Origin: Octopus sinensis
Taxonomy: Eukaryota
Direction of reading: 5' to 3'
Length of the DNA stretch: 64,000 bases
Assembly (NCBI RefSeq): GCF_006345805.1
Contig: NC_042998.1
Span: 28,892,001-28,956,000 of the forward strand
In this document: piece by piece, positions 49,112-62,526 of the stretch
How the letters are laid out: each line of letters begins with the position of its first letter
Position numbering within the stretch: the stretch's first letter is position 1
The notes under the pieces: model-generated
Told to the model about the DNA's origin: nothing
Database searches by the model: none
The model's input: the letters and a program-made list of their open reading frames with translations, nothing else
Translations under genes and position numbers: made by a program

Positions 49112-49290
49112 AATTTGTCAATCAATCAGGCTATAAAACAGATTGTTGACATCATTTAAACTGGGTGTGACATATACATTTACCTATTATTTGAATTTAA
49201 TATTTTATGTATTTCTGTTGGGAAAAGATTGAGGGCTTTGGTGAATTCATTTTGAATTGTAAATATTATGTGAAATATTATTAGTATATA

Positions 49291-49686
49291 GGCGCAGGAG
49301 TGGCTGTGTGGTAAGTAGCTTGCTAACCAACCACATGGTTCCGGGTTCAGTCCCACTGCGTGGCATCTTGGGCAAGTGTCTTCTGCTATAGCCCCGGGCC
49401 GACCAATGCCTTGTGAGTGGATTTGGTAGACGGAAACTGAAAGAAGCCTGTCGTATATATGTATATATATATATATATGTGTGTGTATGTGTTTGTCCCC
49501 CTAGCATTGCTTGACAACCGATGCTGGTGTGTTTACGTCCCCGTAACTTAGCAATTCGGCAAAAGAGACCGATAGAATAAGTACTGGGCTTACAAAGAAT
49601 AAGTCTTGGGGTCGATTTGCTCGACTAAAAGGCAGTGCTCCAGTATGGCCGCAGTCAAATGACTGAAACAAGTAAAAGAGAGTAAA
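49291..49686 (+). mobile_element. Family B/C SINE, close to consensus
   Basis: Full length, CpG-rich. Confidence 0.9.
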
Positions 49687-49699
49687 TGTAACAATCTGT

Positions 49700-49900
49700 C
49701 TGTATTTCGTTTTTGTATTTCGTTTGCAAAATTCTTTATATGAGTTCGTGTGTTGAAGCTTATTCTGTTGTGTCCGAGGAGAGTCATTTTCTTTTTGTGT
49801 CTTATAATTTAGCACACTCACCGGTAAAATTTCCACTTATTTCTCATTTTTATTTTCCTAAAATTTTAGTTGCGTCTTGCAACCTTTTCAATAGTCTTGA
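49700..49900 (+). mobile_element. Copy of the 6704/26284 repeat family
   Basis: TCTGTTGTGTCCGAGGAGAGTCATTTTC...CACTCACCGGTAAAATTTCCAC. Confidence 0.75.
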
Positions 49901-50214
49901 CTCCATCCGTTAATCAAAAACTAAAACTTTTTACTTCATAAAACGAATAATGGGTGAATATATATGTTGTACCCAGTACTTGTAATAGCAGAAAGCAAAA
50001 GACACGGATGTAAAAAAAATAGTCAATAGACATACATGCATGCAAACATACATGCATACTTAGATGCAACCGCATAAACACACATACACATGTATGTACA
50101 TACTCATACATGCATATATACAGACAAGCATACACATGGTTACACATAACATGTATAAATACAAACATACACACTTACATACATACAACCATTCCTATAC
50201 ACATACATACATAC

Positions 50215-50623
50215 CAGGCATGTGCCATCAGTAATTACTCAGGGTAGGCAGTTGGTGACCTTTATGTAGTAAAACACACACAAAAATAAGTAAAAACACA
50301 GCTGCATGACTGAGTTGGGGGCAGATTTATTACTGCCTTTATAGCACGTAAATAAAACGGTGTTGTAGGAGTGTACACAACATGTGTACTACAGCAGTAC
50401 TATGCTTAGCTTAAATACTGAGATTGAAAAGCAGGGGCGAATGATGCCTACCTAATCTACAAAAAAATAAAATATTTTGCATTTTATGCATAGTAATCAG
50501 AGTAAGCTTCATAATTTTATTGAATTAAGTGCATATTTTGCCATAAAAGGAAAATGTTGCTATTGATCTACTTTATTCAAGGTAGGCAGTGCTTACCTTG
50601 CCTTCCTAGGCGGAATGTCCCTG
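50215..50623. mobile_element. Possible hAT-type non-autonomous element
   Basis: CAGGCATGTGCC...GGTAGGCAG at the left end and GCTTACCTTGCC...GGAATGTCCCTG at the right; TSD not clear. Confidence 0.45.
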
Positions 50624-51043
50624 CGATATACATAATGTTTGTCTTTCATTGTCTAAGAAGACCATGATACATAACTGGTATGTATGTCTGAGTTGGTGTG
50701 GCTACTAAAGCCTGTCTGTCTATGTCAGGGATTCTTTCCTATATGTTAAAAAACGAATGGGAAGATGGAGCACTTGGCAAACTGGGAGTTTGAGCTTTAC
50801 TGAGGGAATGCTTATTCTCAGCAGCAACAGCAGATTTTATTTTTCTTGCCTGCATACATGGAGCTGTATATATATGTGTGTGTGTGTGGTTGTATATGCA
50901 TGCATATGTACATGCATGCTTACATCTGTATGTATGTGTCTTCAGTTTTCTGAAACATAACAAGTAGAACTAATCTGAAACTGCCATCACTCCACCTACT
51001 TCCGACGGAATTAAATGATTCACTGACAAAGTATATACTCAAC

Positions 51044-51200
51044 AAATAATAATGATAATAATAAAATATTTCTTATGACAATTATGATGACGATGATAAT
51101 AATAATAATAATGATGATAATAATAATATTTCTTATGACAATTATGATGACGATGATGATGATAATAATAATAATAATAATAAGGATATTTCTTATGATA
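51044..51200. repeat. 60-bp-period tandem repeat built on (AAT)/(GAT) runs
   Basis: ATATTTCTTATGA recurs at 60-bp spacing three times. Confidence 0.85.
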
Positions 51201-52091
51201 ACAATAAAAGATAGAAAAATAAGAAAAAATAAAAATGAAAAAAAAGGTAAGAGGGAAAATAAGAGAAGAAAAATAAGAACATTTATCTGATTGAAATGTC
51301 AAAGGCTGTTAAGAGAATTGATCCACAATGAACCAGCTGTTGAAGGTCATATACATTTACTACCTACAGTTAAGATCTTGGGAGAGAAGAAAAATAAATA
51401 GCAAACAAGGAACCCCTTCCACTACCAAACCCACACATACACACACAGAATTATTTGTTAGCCTGTCACCAATGCTTCAGTAATCCTTTATTTAGTCATC
51501 AATTGCTTACCGAGTTTACTTTCTGAACAGCTCTCTAACCTAGTCTCGCTGTTTTCCCCTCCTAGCATTTAAACGAGAGCAAAACAACACTGCCTCAGAC
51601 ATATTCAAATACATACAAATGCATTAGGTCAACACTTGGTGCAGTCATGTACATAATTTACATTTATCTTGATTAAATGGAATTTCATATGCACATATAT
51701 ACACGAGGGAAGATCTTGGATGTTACTTCAGTTAAGGAAAATTGTTACAATCGGTTCATGTAAAATGTGTCAGCTTGATGAATCGAGCAGTTTTTCGGAT
51801 TTTTAACCTAGATATTTCTTTTTAGATTTTTCCAGCTCTTTTTACCACCCAGATCAATAATTATGATCAATATAGCATAAGTGCATTTTTCAAATTGTCC
51901 TTTAGTGTTGGCAATTTGTAGAAAGTATGGAATAAATGCCAAAATAGTTAAAAATATAAAATGTAATATAGTGGTACTTATACATCTATATTTCCGTGTG
52001 TGTGTATGTGAGTGTGTATATATATATATATATATATGTATACACACACATACAAAGCACACATGTATATATTATATATATATGTATTCTA

Positions 52092-52305
52092 AGGTGGTGA
52101 GCTGGCAGAAATGTTAGCATGCTGGGTGAAATGCTTAGCAGTATTTCGTCTGTCTTTACGTTCTGAGTTCAAATTCTGCTGCAGTTGACTTCACCTTTTA
52201 TCCTTTCAAGGTCGATAAATTAAATACCAGTTGCGTGCTGATGTCGATCTAATCAACTGGCCCCTCCCACAAAATTTCGGGCCTTGTGCCTAGAGTAGAA
52301 AAGAA
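52092..52305 (+). mobile_element. Family A SINE variant
   Basis: GGTGGTGAGCTGGCAG...GGCCTTGTGCCTAGAGTAGAAAAGAAT. Confidence 0.85.
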
Positions 52306-52589
52306 TATATACATGTACTTTGCGATGATATAATAAGCGGTGCCAAGTTTTACAATTCTTGAAGCTTATAAGTGATCACTGTGTATTGACTACAGAAGAT
52401 AGTTTAATATTGGGGCATATATGTGTGGGATAAAATTAGAAAATTCATACATTAACACATCTTTGACAAAAAATTTGTCATTTTACTTACCATAGTTCCT
52501 CTTTCATGCTCCCTTTTCTCCACTTTAACCCTATAATATTTAAACAAGCCATAAACAGTCCCTGAGTATTCTACCTGTTTCATGTTTAA

Positions 52590-52920
52590 ATAAGGCAGAT
52601 CAGGCTTTTCACACCTACTCTTCAATGTCATTCGAAAAATCAACAGTCACATCATTGAAATCTCAACGCTGTATGATAATGCATGACTAATTCAAAACAA
52701 TGTGGAAAAAATATGCTTTACATTTGATCGTGTAATCTGAATACTTAAGGGTTTAACTGGCCATATCTGGCCTCTCACACCTATCTTACAATGTCATTCT
52801 AAAAATAAACAATCACATCATCAAAATCTCAAGACTACAATATAATGCACAACTAATTCAAAACCATGTGAATAAACAAGCTTTAAATTTGACAGAGTAA
52901 TCTGAACGCTGAAGAGTTAA
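52590..52920. mobile_element. Two tandem partial copies of the second TTAA-type MITE family
   Basis: Units end AAGGGTTTAA (about 52756) and GAAGAGTTAA (52920). Confidence 0.65.
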
Positions 52921-53608
52921 AATAAGATTAAACACAGTTTATACCTTTCACAAAACTGTTTTGAGCAAAATTTTTCAGAAGTTTACTTTTATTTGGCAGT
53001 GCTTATCATGACAATTGTTTATTCTGATAATCCTTAACACCTTGTTAAGCTTGTAAATATACGTAAAACGACTTGACATTATGTTTTTTTATTTTTTTAT
53101 GATAAGCTATTTCTACGAAATTGTCAATCTATGAAATTGTCAATCATTGCGGTTAAGAGATAAGTTTAGTTTCTTTGAATTATTTAGAATATTTTATTGG
53201 TAAGGATTAAGTTCTTAACTTTAGTGTTGTTTCATCATCATTCATGTTAATGTTCAATTTTCCATGCTTGCATGGGCTGAGAGGAGTTTATTGAGGCAAA
53301 TTTCCTACGGTTGGATGCTTTTCCTTCCACTCACCTTCACCTATTTCCAAGTGAGGTAATGTTTCCTCGTGGCCAGACATGATTTTGTCAATTACTGGAA
53401 ATAATTGACACTTGTTTCTATGACAAGAGACACTCATTTTCACAACTATCATATGATGTTAAGATGAGAAGACATAAACACACACCTCCACACACGCACA
53501 TACCCTCCCATACATGCATATACACATACTCACACATCATCATCATTATCTTTCATTATTTACATTATTTATATTTGATGGATATTTGTCCTAATCTTGT
53601 TTGTTGTT

Positions 53609-53654
53609 AACACAACCTTTTGGCTGATATACCCTCCAGCCTTCATCAGGTGTC
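53609..53654 (-). ncRNA. Decayed hammerhead motif
   Basis: GACAC-CUGAUGA-A-GGCUG-GAGGGUAUAU-CAGCC-AAA-AGGU-U-GUGUU. Confidence 0.55.
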
Positions 53655-53700
53655 TTGGGGAAATTTCGAACCTGGGTTCTCATTCCTAAGATATTTTTCG

Positions 53701-53701
53701 A

Positions 53702-53750
<49 letters not shown>

Positions 53751-53978
53751 GAGTGAGAGAGCAGTGCATGTCATCATAGTGAAACTGGGATATAATATAC
53801 GAAGCCCAGTATACCCATCATGACTACCCGTCTGATAAGGGTACACTAGGCACATGTATCACAATATGTGCGTGACGTGGTGATCTTGTATCAAAATATA
53901 CAGCGCATGACCTTGCAGGTGGGGCTCAGTTAGAATTTTCTTCTGGTCGAGAAACCCATCCCACTCAAAAGGTCCCTG
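53701..53978 (-). mobile_element. Non-coding retroposon 3' end with a long (TAA)n tail, inserted in the PLE TAA tract
   Basis: About 16 TAT units followed by unique sequence that splits the PLE repeat at its TAA run. Confidence 0.6.
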
Positions 53979-54715
53979 AGGTCACTGCCTGTCAAATGTA
54001 AATAATGTAAATAATTCCTCATCTCTTAAATATAGAACTGTATCATCATCTTTTGTCATTATCTTTTAACATTCTTTTTCCATGCTGGCATGGGTTGGAC
54101 AGTTTGACAGAAGCCAGCTAGACCAGGGAGCTGCGCCCTGTCCCATCATCTGCTTTGGCATGATTTCTATAGCTGGATACCCTTATGTATGACTGGCTTC
54201 TTTCAGTTTCTATCTACCAAATCAACTCGCAAGGCTATGATTGGTCCGTGACTATAGTAAAAAAACACTTGCCGAAGGTACTGCACAGTTGAACAGAACC
54301 TGGAACCATGTGGTTGGTTCTAGATTCAATCAGTGCCTATTGTCTGAGCATGATTAATCAATTATTTTCATCTAAGCGGGCATTACACTTGATACCAATT
54401 TGTTGCTGATTTCCTTTCTTTCTTCTGTTCTTGGTTCTGCGGTTGTACCAGCCTTGTCTATTTCAGCAGACCTGGCTGGCATTAAAGAAGGAGATAATGA
54501 AAAGTTCTGGTATATCACATAAAACATGCACCTTAGGTAGGCTGAAGTAAGATTTCTATTTTCTGGGACATTGTGTGCAATTTGTTGTGGAAATCGTTAA
54601 ATATGTGAAGCAATGTTGAGTATATTTTACTGTCCATTATGGAATTTTCTGGTCAAAATAATTGCTTCCGCAATGGCCAACATTGAACTTGAACTGTTCA
54701 AAACATTGTCAATAA

Positions 54716-55105
54716 TCTCTCTATATATAAAGCTGAAGTTGTCTGTGTATGGCAGGTTTGATAGCCTTTAACTAAAACTATCTCCTCCAAGACTCTGTGG
54801 CACAAGTTGACCAAAATTAAGAGTATGATAGAAGAAGGCTTGCTCTTCCTTCCGTAGAAGAAAAAATTCAAATTGGACCATATTAACCAAAAATTATTTA
54901 CATCAAAAAGGTGCTTTTTTTCTATGAAAATCCCTATTTTTTACGAATTTTTGACTGCTGTGTTGCCATTTTTCGGTGTATTTCAACCAGAAAAATGTTC
55001 ACTTAAAGAGAATAACAAGCTACATAATGCAAAATTTTTACTTTTCAAAGATTCCAATTCTAAAGGGTCGAAACAAACCCAAGCAATGCCGGGCGATACT
55101 GCTAG
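54716..55105 (+). mobile_element. Non-autonomous Helitron
   Basis: A|TCTCTCTATATATAAAG 5' end; 3' hairpin CCCAAGCAATGCCGGG followed by CTAG|T; inserted between A and T with no TSD. Confidence 0.8.
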
Positions 55106-55624
55106 TTTAAGATATTACTAAACATTATCAACAATCTAAAATTGTTATTTTGTGTGTTTGTGAGTTTTTGTTTGTTTGGATCAGGTGGTTACCTGTGTAA
55201 CTGTTGCTGAAGAATTGCTGATGTATCTAAACTAGTGGTTGCCAATTTTTTTTATTTTTATTCATAGTTCACATTAGAATTGATAAAAATATTTTGGTGT
55301 ACTTTACGTATGAAGTGTAAAAATATATATATTTGTTTGTATATGTGAGTAATTTAAACAATGAGAAACATGAAGTAATTTTTTTTTTTACTCAATTCAT
55401 GCAACTTAGAATTCAAGTTTGAATTTTTTCCCAAATTTTAAATATGATTTTATTTCTTCTGTGGTGTGTCTAGCTACATGTGACAGATCAGTGTACTACA
55501 GCATATCATTTGGTAACCACTGGTCTTGGGGGTGGACGTAGACACTTGTAGGCAGGTGGATAAAGTGGAATGAATTGTGTGGGTTGGTAAAAACACCAGC
55601 TCATCTCATATGTGGGTGCTCTTG

Positions 55625-55851
55625 GTGAGCTGGCAGAAACGTTAGCACGCCGGATGAAATGCTTAGCAGTATTTTGTCTGTCTTTACGTTCTGAGTTCAA
55701 ATTCCACCTAGGTTGACTTTGCCTTTCATCCTTTAGGGGTCGAAAAATTAAGTACCAGTTGTGCACTGGGGTCGATGTAATCGACTTAATCCGTTTGTCT
55801 GTCCTTGTTTGTCCCCTCTGTGTTTAGCCCCTTGTGGGTAGTAAAGAAATA
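55625..55851 (+). mobile_element. Family A SINE
   Basis: Full length. Confidence 0.9.
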
Positions 55852-56996
55852 GGCTTTCTAATCATAACTGTTATTTGTTTTAATATTGTTGTCATTGCAA
55901 TCGTTGTAGGTGTGAAAAACTGTTGAATAAATTCAAAATTCAAGTCTTACTTTCTGTGCAGTTCATTAAACGTAATGGTCTGAGATATTTGTAAAAAAAA
56001 AAAAAGACTAAATATAATTTTTATCATTTGTATGAAGAAAAAAAATGTCACAAGATGCAGCTAATATTTCATTAATGTGATAACTACACAAATCGAAGGA
56101 CTCTTTTCTTGATTGCTGAAGCATGACTTTTACCGCCTGATGTCTTTTCTAAGACTAACCAATCAACTATGAAATATAAGTGATAAATATTATGTTGCTT
56201 GATTAACTAGAGCAAGTCAGCCTACAGACTTATCTAGTCTAACCATGAACAAATATTTATGGCTGTATTTGAAGTCTCACTTGTTATAATCATTGATTTA
56301 ACAACTAAGCCACATAGCTGTTATTCCTATTAATGATGATTTCTCAATAAAGATAATTATAACGAAGACGATAGCGTTGACAATGTAGCTGTCGGTGCTG
56401 GTGACATTGCTAATAATAATAATAATGATGCGGACACTGGAGAATATAATCGTAGTGATAACGATGTAAAGTTTGCACGAAATGAATGTGGTCTCATTTA
56501 TCATTATCATATTACCCAATCCAAGGCACCTATGCTCTGTGTTCACTGAGAAGCCAAATGATTTTGTGTTCAGTGTCAGGTCTCACACCTTAGGGGATAT
56601 TGTTTCATTGCTGCACATTTGAAAAATCAATGATGCGTTTATATATGCTGTTCCATCAATAATACAACCGTGACTCAATTCAATGATTTCAAATAATGAT
56701 TTCATATATATTTGTATGAAACCTCATACGTTTAAAGGAAATGAAATTGGATTCTATGATGTTCATGTTATTCTCAATGACATCATCGTTAATGTAAATG
56801 AAAATTACCATACCAGATATTAAAACGAACAAGCCATGGCAAACCAATAAGGCAACTTCTGCATGCTGGTGGTTTAATTGCTGAATCTCACTCAAATTGC
56901 ATCTAACCACTTGAAAACAGAAATAATGTTGTCTTAGTAATGCTCTAAACATAGGGATGGTCATAGGCATGTTCAGGCAGGGTTGACATAGGGCTT

Positions 56997-57040
<44 letters not shown>

Positions 57041-57100
57041 CTAACATCTATTTCCTGACTATGGACTCTGTCTGCCTGTCTGCAACTAAATTAATGCAGA

Positions 57101-57269
57101 CAGGAGTGGCTGTGTGGTAAGTAGCTTGCTTACCAACCACATGGTTCCGGGTTCAGTCCCACTGCGTGGCACCTTGGACAAGTGTCTTCTACTATATCCT
57201 CGGACCGACCAAAGCCTTGTGAGTGGATTTGGTAGACGGAAACTGAAAGAAGCCCGTCGAATGTATGTG

Positions 57270-57308
<39 letters not shown>

Positions 57309-57512
57309 CTGTGTTTGTCCCCCCAACATCGCTTGACAAGCGATGGTGGTGTGTTTACGTCCTCGTAACTTAGTGGTTTGGCAAAAGAAACCGATAGAAT
57401 AAGTACTAGGCTTACAAAGAATAAGTCCTGGGGTCAGTTTGCTCAACTAAACACGGTGCTCCAGCTTGGCCACAGTCAAACGGCTGAAACAAGTAAAAGA
57501 GTAAAAGAGAGA
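57101..57512 (+). mobile_element. Family B/C SINE
   Basis: Full length. Confidence 0.9.
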
Positions 57513-57940
57513 GAGTAACTGAGGTTATCAATGCAATTTGCAGGCAGAAACTCCCACTAGGGTATTTAAATTAAATAACTCATGGTATTTAATATCATTT
57601 TTCAACATTTTGAATCTTAACACCACCAAGATTGATGTTGCCTTTTTGTTTTGTTAATTTAAATGAAATACGTTATGTGTTGTGTTGGATTTCGAAAACA
57701 CTCAAGAATTTGAAGGTATTTTGTAGAATAAACTTTGTTGTTACTAAGTGTCTGAAACAAAAACATTGTGAAAGGTTCTTAACAGGAAGATGAAACTTTA
57801 AATATAAACACTTCACAATGAGTGGTTGGTGCATCAGGTTTGTTTAAGGCATGTTCTTTCAAAAACTGTTAAAATATTGAAGTTCATTGAACTGATTATG
57901 GCTTAATCTGCTTTATAAAAGAAAATTTCTGTACCTATCA

Positions 57941-58520
57941 TTATCATCATCATTGTTTAACGTTTGCTTTCCATGCTGGCATGGGTTGGACAGTTTGACT
58001 GAGGACTGGTAAGCCAGAGGCTGCACCAGGCTCAATCTCTTCTGGCAAGGTTTCTACAGCTGGATGCCCTTCCTAACACCAACCACTCCAAGAGTGTAGT
58101 GGGTGCTTTTATGTGCCACTGGCATGAGGGCCAGTCAGGTGGTTCTGTCATCAACCACATCAGCGATTTTCATTTCACTTTTACATGCCACCGGCATGCG
58201 GGCCAGTCAGAGGGTTCTGGCAACCACCACTCTCAAAAGGTATTTTTACATGCTACCTGCATGGGAGCTGCTCCGGCAGCACTGGCATCGACCATCCTCA
58301 AATATTGTTTGTAGCATGCCACCAGCATATGTGCCGATAAAGTGACATTGGCAACGATCATGCTCAAATGGAGCTTTTCATGTGTCACTGGCACGGGAGC
58401 CAATCTGTGGCCCTGGCAACGATCACATTCAGATGTGCTTTTAATGTTCCACTGGCACGAGTGCCAATCAGGCAGTACCGTCATAGGCCACGTCAGCGAT
58501 TTTGATTTCAGTTACCTCAA
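57941..58520 (-). mobile_element. Family D retroposon with a long modular interior
   Basis: (CAT)n end, GGATGCCCTTCCTAACACCAACC, repeated TTTTACATGCCAC-like modules. Confidence 0.85.
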
Positions 58521-58646
58521 TAGGTCTTCACAAGGAAATTAACAATTGAAATCCATATTTATACATTGACCTGAGGCTTTGCTATGTTACTAAAGAAGGC
58601 TTTATGTGGTCATTTCACTCTCCTAGATATAAGAAGTGTTCTTAAA

Positions 58647-59061
58647 GGTGGTGAGCTGGCAGAATCGTTAGCATGCCGGGTGAAATGCATAGCCGTATTT
58701 CGTCTGCCATTATGTTCTGAGTTTGAATTCCGCCGAGGTCGACTTTGCCTTTCATTCTTTCGGGGTCGATAAATTAAGTACCAGTTACGCACTGGGGTCG
58801 ATATAATCGACTTGATCCATTTGTCTGTCCTTGTTTGTCCCCTCTGTGTTTAGCCCCTTGTGAGTAGTAAAGAAATAGGTATTTTGTCTGCCGTTATGTT
58901 CTGGGCTCAAATTCTGCCGAAGTTGACTATGCCATTCATCTTTACAGGGTCGATTGAATAAGTACCAGTTATGCACTGGGGTCGATATAATCAACTTAAT
59001 CTGTTTGTCTGTCCTTGTTTGTCTCCTCTGTGTTTAGCTCTTTGTGGGCAGTAAAGAAATA
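58647..59061 (+). mobile_element. Family A SINE, one head plus two bodies, inside a single TSD
   Basis: TAAGAAGTGTTCT on both flanks; internal junction AGAAATA|GGTATTTTGTCTGCC. Confidence 0.9.
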
Positions 59062-59440
59062 AGAAGTGTTCTAAAAAACTATACAATACCATGTTTAAAA
59101 AGGAAAGAAAGGATTCATTGAATGGTATGTTCCTGCTTACACTATGTCTGGAAGATGACTAAATGGTTGTGGTTGTAAAATATTTTATCATAGACCTATT
59201 GAAGGAATGCTAACCTTAAGCTAACTGATAACAATTATCTCAGATCCAAAGGATATAATGTAATGTCAAAGTTGGTATAAAAGATATTACCTATGGAAGT
59301 GATCTGTAGTGGTGCATCAATATTAGGCTTATACTGTCCTAGAATTCAGCTAATAGATTTAGTCTCATTTCGTATCTCGATTCTCATCCATGATGCTTTA
59401 TAGGAATATCAAATAAGGTCAGTACTTGACTGGTACTTTG

Positions 59441-60009
59441 TATTGGGTTGTCCAGAAAGTTTGTGCCAATTTTTAAAGGAAAGAAAAAAGGTCAATAAAT
59501 ACTTGCCATTACATTTTTAATCAACCAAATATGAACCATTTTTTTGCACAATGCGTCTCCATCTTTCCTTTAACTTGAAAACACCCTCTTCCCAGAATTG
59601 AGGTGGTTTCATGGCAAAGAATTCATCAAGGTATCTTTTACGTCATCCAAAGAATTGAAATTTTTACCATTAAGACTATTCTGCAGAGACCTGAATAAGT
59701 GGAAATCCGAAGGAACAATATCTGGTGAATATGGAGGGTGGGGTAAGACAACCCAGCCAAGCTGCAGCAATTTTTGTCTGGTTCCCAAAGCATCAAGTGC
59801 TGAAAATGAACTTTCTTATCTTCCATTTTGAAGGGTTACGGAATTAACACAGGTTATAGGAACATAAACCTTCTTCCACGAAAAGATAGCTGAAACTGTG
59901 CTCTAAATGGAGGTGTAGTCAAATCCTATTTTATGGACTCAACCATGTCCTAAAATAAATCGAAAGTTAAGTACTATAAATTGGCACGAACTTTCTGGAC
60001 AACCCAATA
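59441..60009 (-). mobile_element. Internally deleted mariner element nested in a family A SINE
   Basis: TIRs TATTGGGTTGTCCAGAAAGTT(T/C)GTGCCAATTT at both ends; minus strand MEDKKVHFQHLML joined to LGWVVLPHPPYSPDIVPSDFHLFRSLQNSLNGKNFNSLDDVK...ERWRRIVQK. Confidence 0.9.
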
Positions 60010-62162
60010 TTTTATTGACCAAAGATGAAAATGAAGTTGACCTTCTTGGGATTGGAACATAGAACATAAAGCGTCACAACCATATACTGTAGGCATTTCG
60101 TCTGGTATACTTATGATTTTAACAATCCCACCATCTTGGTTGAAGTGTGAGTTAAAATAGTAGAAATCTTGATTATTAAAAGAAAACAAATCTGATTTGG
60201 AATTCACACTTTGGTAATCATGTATCTCTATCGTTTATCTACAATTTCAAAAGAAGAAAGTTATTTCTTGGTGTTATATTTTTTCTTTGTAATTTCTTAT
60301 AAACATTTTACAAAAGATTTTTTCCATTGATATCTTAACATTATTCAGTTCTTTCACCATCTTTAAAACTTTTAAACTTTATCTTACTTTTATTCCTCTT
60401 TAGTTTATTAGTCTTAAAATTATTTTGTTAGAAATCTTTCTGTCCATACTATTAGTATTGTTATCTTTATTTTTTTTTTCTACAATCAATAATGTTTAAG
60501 AAAGACAAGCTGATTAATTCCATTTTATGGGAGAAGAAAGAGGATAAAGGAAAAAGGGGTTTAATGATATAGTTTGTGGCCAGAATCTGAAGCAAAAGTA
60601 TTGTCTTCTTTGAAAACCTTCTTTCTTTCCATTTATTTCTTTCATCATTTTATTTTAAATTAATATTTCTTTTTATATTTGTGATTCAAAACATAAAAAC
60701 AAAGATGGTAAAGACCTATTTTTTTTTTTTGTATCTTGCTATCTCATTCTTTGTATATTTTTCCATTGTCTTGGAAGAAATTTTTTTTTTTCATCTTTTA
60801 TTCTATAACAAACACAAAACTGATTGTTTTCTGTCAAGCAAAACCAAAACAATAGCTCATATTGATATCCCCATTTATTATTCTCACCAGAATAATTGTC
60901 AGTAACGCTATCAAAAGGAACTGATAACAACAACACCACTAACAACAACAGTAGCATCACCTTAACAACAACAGCAATGAGAAGCATAATGTAAACAACA
61001 ACTGAGTAAATAAATAAATAAATAAATGTATTTATTACATTCTTTAAGAAAAATACGTTTGTTATAGTTCACAGAACTACGTTTTTTTCTTGTCTAATTT
61101 TGTTTTTTATTTTGCTAAACCAAATATGTGAAACCTAGATAACAAAACAACACAACTCCATGAATAATCTTGATAAAATTTTGGTGCAAATTTAATTGGC
61201 ATGTTTTGGGAATTAATGAAAAGCCAGGCAATGCAATTTTCTTCCAAAGGGAATCAAGTTAAAACAAACAAATCCAACATTTGTTTCCTTCTTTAAGAAA
61301 ACAGTCTTTCACAGACAAATATTGATAACTGATACAGAATATGAAACCTGAATAGGAAAAAAGCTCCCCAGTCTTTGGTGGAAGTAGAAGATTTTTAATT
61401 TAAGAACTATTTTGTTGCTTTGAAACCTTTTTATTTGATTGACTGGATAAAAAAATATACATAAAAATATTGTTGAATAAAAAAAGTTAATTTTTTTCTC
61501 CTGAATAATTTGAGAAATAAATGAAGAAGGCTACCATTTAAATTTAACCCTGCCACAATCTTTCTGTAAAGCAAATGTTATTATAGAATTCATATAACAA
61601 AGAGAAATGTTTGATCTTCTGTTGTAATGTTTGGTTCTCTTTCTTCATTGCCATGATATGCCGTGTTCTGTGGATTTATATTAGATTTGTGTGGATCAAT
61701 CATATAATGGTTTGATGCTTTTTATAGATCCCTAGTCCATGCTCCATGTGTAAATCATGAGGAGGAGTCTTCTGTACAATAGTGTATTAAGGTAGCATAG
61801 TGTAAATTAAGCATCGGGGGACAGAATTATTAAACTTGTTTTTAAAAAGCCAATGCTAAGAAAATTCAATATAAAGGAAAATAGAACAACAATTTTACTT
61901 TACTTTATATGAGAATATTTTGGGTTTAAAATCTCTTTGTCAGGAAAAAATGGAGGATAGCAATGAGCTGATATCTTTTGCACAAATAAGTGGGAAGTTG
62001 GGATTTGAAACCTATGTAAAGTGATATTATTATAGTATTCTAGGGCAGTAATTCTCAACCATTTTTTACCTATGAACTCTTTTGATTTTGGTTTTATTTG
62101 GGTAAACCATCCACATAGCTATTCAATGTTTAAAAAGATCCTATTATATTGTTATTATTAAA

Positions 62163-62482
62163 TCATCATCACCATCATCATCATTTAGCGTCTGCTTTCC
62201 ATGCTAGCATGGGTTGGACGGTTCAACTGGGGTCTGTGAAGCCAGAAGGCTGCATCAGGCCCAGTCTGATCTGGAAGAGCTACTACGGCTGGATGCCCTT
62301 CCTAACGCCAACCACTCCTTGAGTGTAGTGGGTGCTTTTTACGTGCCACCCGCACAGGTGCCAGACGGAGCTGGCAAACGGCCGCGGACAGATGGTGCTT
62401 TTTACGTGCCACCGGCATGGGGGCCAGGCGAGGCTGGCAACGGCCACGATCGGATGTTGCTTTTTATGTGCCACCGGCACAG
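62163..62482 (-). mobile_element. Family D retroposon inserted in a hAT-like MITE remnant
   Basis: (CAT)n end; flanks match the interior of the 1324-1575 MITE. Confidence 0.85.
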
Positions 62483-62526
62483 CAAATATTATTAGGAATT
62501 GTATTTAAAACATTGTTAAAATATTA

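Larger units (their letters stand above)
53545..54043 (-). mobile_element. Penelope-like terminal repeat (same family as 28407) with hammerhead motif, nested insertion and inverted end
   Basis: 53545-53700 is homologous to 28407-28560; GAGGTCACTGCCTG resumes near 53978; inverted piece at about 53993-54043. Confidence 0.8.

Noticed and set aside
52491-52574. Minus-strand exon candidate ending ATG|GTAAGT
   Set aside because: Acceptor is weak and abuts a MITE; peptide unrecognised.
56330-56520. D/N-rich open stretch (EDDSVDNVAVGAGDIANNNNN)
   Set aside because: Decayed GAT/AAT trinucleotide repeat typical of this genome; no splice signals.
56690-56970. IFIYINDD as an RT motif; also RTE-like remnants at about 30040-30240 and 41720-41930
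   Set aside because: Too degenerate to call by eye; would need a profile search.
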